A stretch of 63,959 nt of DNA, from contig NC_068984.1 in NCBI RefSeq assembly GCF_001194135.2, positions 14,165,921-14,229,879 of the forward strand, given 5' to 3'. Below are positions 63,011-63,959 of this stretch, in pieces; positions within the stretch are counted from its first letter, which is position 1; every line of letters starts with the position of its first letter. Under the pieces are notes generated by a model, which worked only from the letters and a program-made list of their open reading frames with translations, had not been told where the DNA came from and did not search any database. The DNA is from Octopus bimaculoides. Taxonomy: Eukaryota. Made by a program: the position numbers and the translations under genes.

Positions 63011-63879
63011 TACAAGGTGCATTCCAGATGTTTTGAGACTTTTTTAAGAGAAGCAGTTATAACTTTTCTAAATAACTATAACTTTAGTATATCGTTACTC
63101 TACACCTTATAACTTAACTTGCCAACGTTTGTTATTTCAGATTGAAGACATCCTGTACATTGAACACATCCTGTAAACACTGTCACACCTAACTAGCTTG
63201 CAGAATACAATCGGGACGGAAAAACAAATTTGGAATTTCACTATGCAATACAATTTTGTGTTAAACTGGGCGAAAACGCTGCAGAAATTTGTGAAATGCT
63301 CTAGACTGCCTATGGAATAATTTGCATGAGTCGAATATCTGTCTTTTAGATGGTGCAAGAGATTGGCAAAGCAAGCCATCAAGAAAACCATGAGGGTTCC
63401 ATTTTCGATGGTAAGGGTATCATCTGCAGCCACTGGATTCCCTCTGGTCAGACGGCCAAAAAGAGTACTTTGTCGAGGTTTTGAGTGGGGTGGATTCAAG
63501 AAGAGATTTCATCACAAAAGACCAGAGATCCTGCACCAGAACAATGCACCAGTTCACAATTCCATCCTGGTTGTCAACAACTTGGTAGAGTTGGGCATCA
63601 AAAATTTCCCTCATCCTCCCTTCCCTACTCTTCAGACCTTGCTCCCTGTGTTTTCATTGTTTCCTAAGCAGAAGAACATGGAGGAGGGTGTAAAACGGTT
63701 CCTGGAAAACTTCATTCTAGAGCACCTATCATGGGGCCTTCACGATGCGGTTAGAGCACTACAATAAAGGCATTGAGGTCAGAGGACCCTACTTTGGAAG
63801 AAATTAAAGATTTGTACTTCTTGAAATCAATAATTGTCTCTCATGAAAAAATGTCAAAACTTCTAGAATGCAACTTCTA
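63011..63879 (+). mobile_element. Internally deleted mariner (DD34D-type) element with both TIRs
   Basis: 5' TACAAGGTGCATTCCAGATGTTTTGA and 3' TCAAAACTTCTAGAATGCAACTTCTA are imperfect inverted repeats with TA ends. Peptide remnants: FHYAIQFCVKLGENAAEICEML*TAYG; FDGKGIICSHWIPSGQT; ILHQNNAPVHNS..PHPP/YSSDLAPCVF. The second and third catalytic Asp positions read N and V. Confidence 0.92.
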
Positions 63880-63959
63880 GTTATATATATATATATATAT
63901 ATATATATAACTAGAAGTTGCATTGTATATATAAATATATATAACTAGAAGTTGCATTC

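Overview
AT-rich animal genomic DNA from a gapped short-read-style assembly: 18 N-runs, almost all next to (TA)n/(TG)n/(GATA)n/(GA)n microsatellites. The repeat set resembles what I recall of coleoid cephalopod (Octopus-like) genomes; that assignment is an inference I cannot verify here. I can support no intact protein-coding gene, tRNA, rRNA or CRISPR array. Nearly all long ORFs in the supplied track are microsatellite or N read-through. The window holds: (1) about 30 copies or fragments of tRNA-headed SINEs in at least four families (my labels A-D); (2) decayed Tc1/mariner-superfamily relics at 28.6-29.3, 33.9-34.4 and 63.0-63.9 kb; (3) a tandem-duplicated SINE::hAT-MITE composite at 47.8-48.6 kb; (4) a stack of R4/Dong-type LINE 3' ends within an (AAT)n tract at 54.7-55.8 kb, plus an RTE-like relic near 59.3 kb. 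The most interesting signal is a set of minimal type I hammerhead-ribozyme motifs in unrelated flanking contexts: near-canonical at 51408-51450 (+), an A6U variant at 34612-34647 (-), one at 10925-10970 (-), and relics at 35.7 and 37.15 kb. The 10.9 kb motif lies inside a tRNA-headed element bounded by 31-bp inverted repeats, which looks like a Pol III SINE carrying a Penelope-type ribozyme tail. A few weak exon candidates are reported as findings only.
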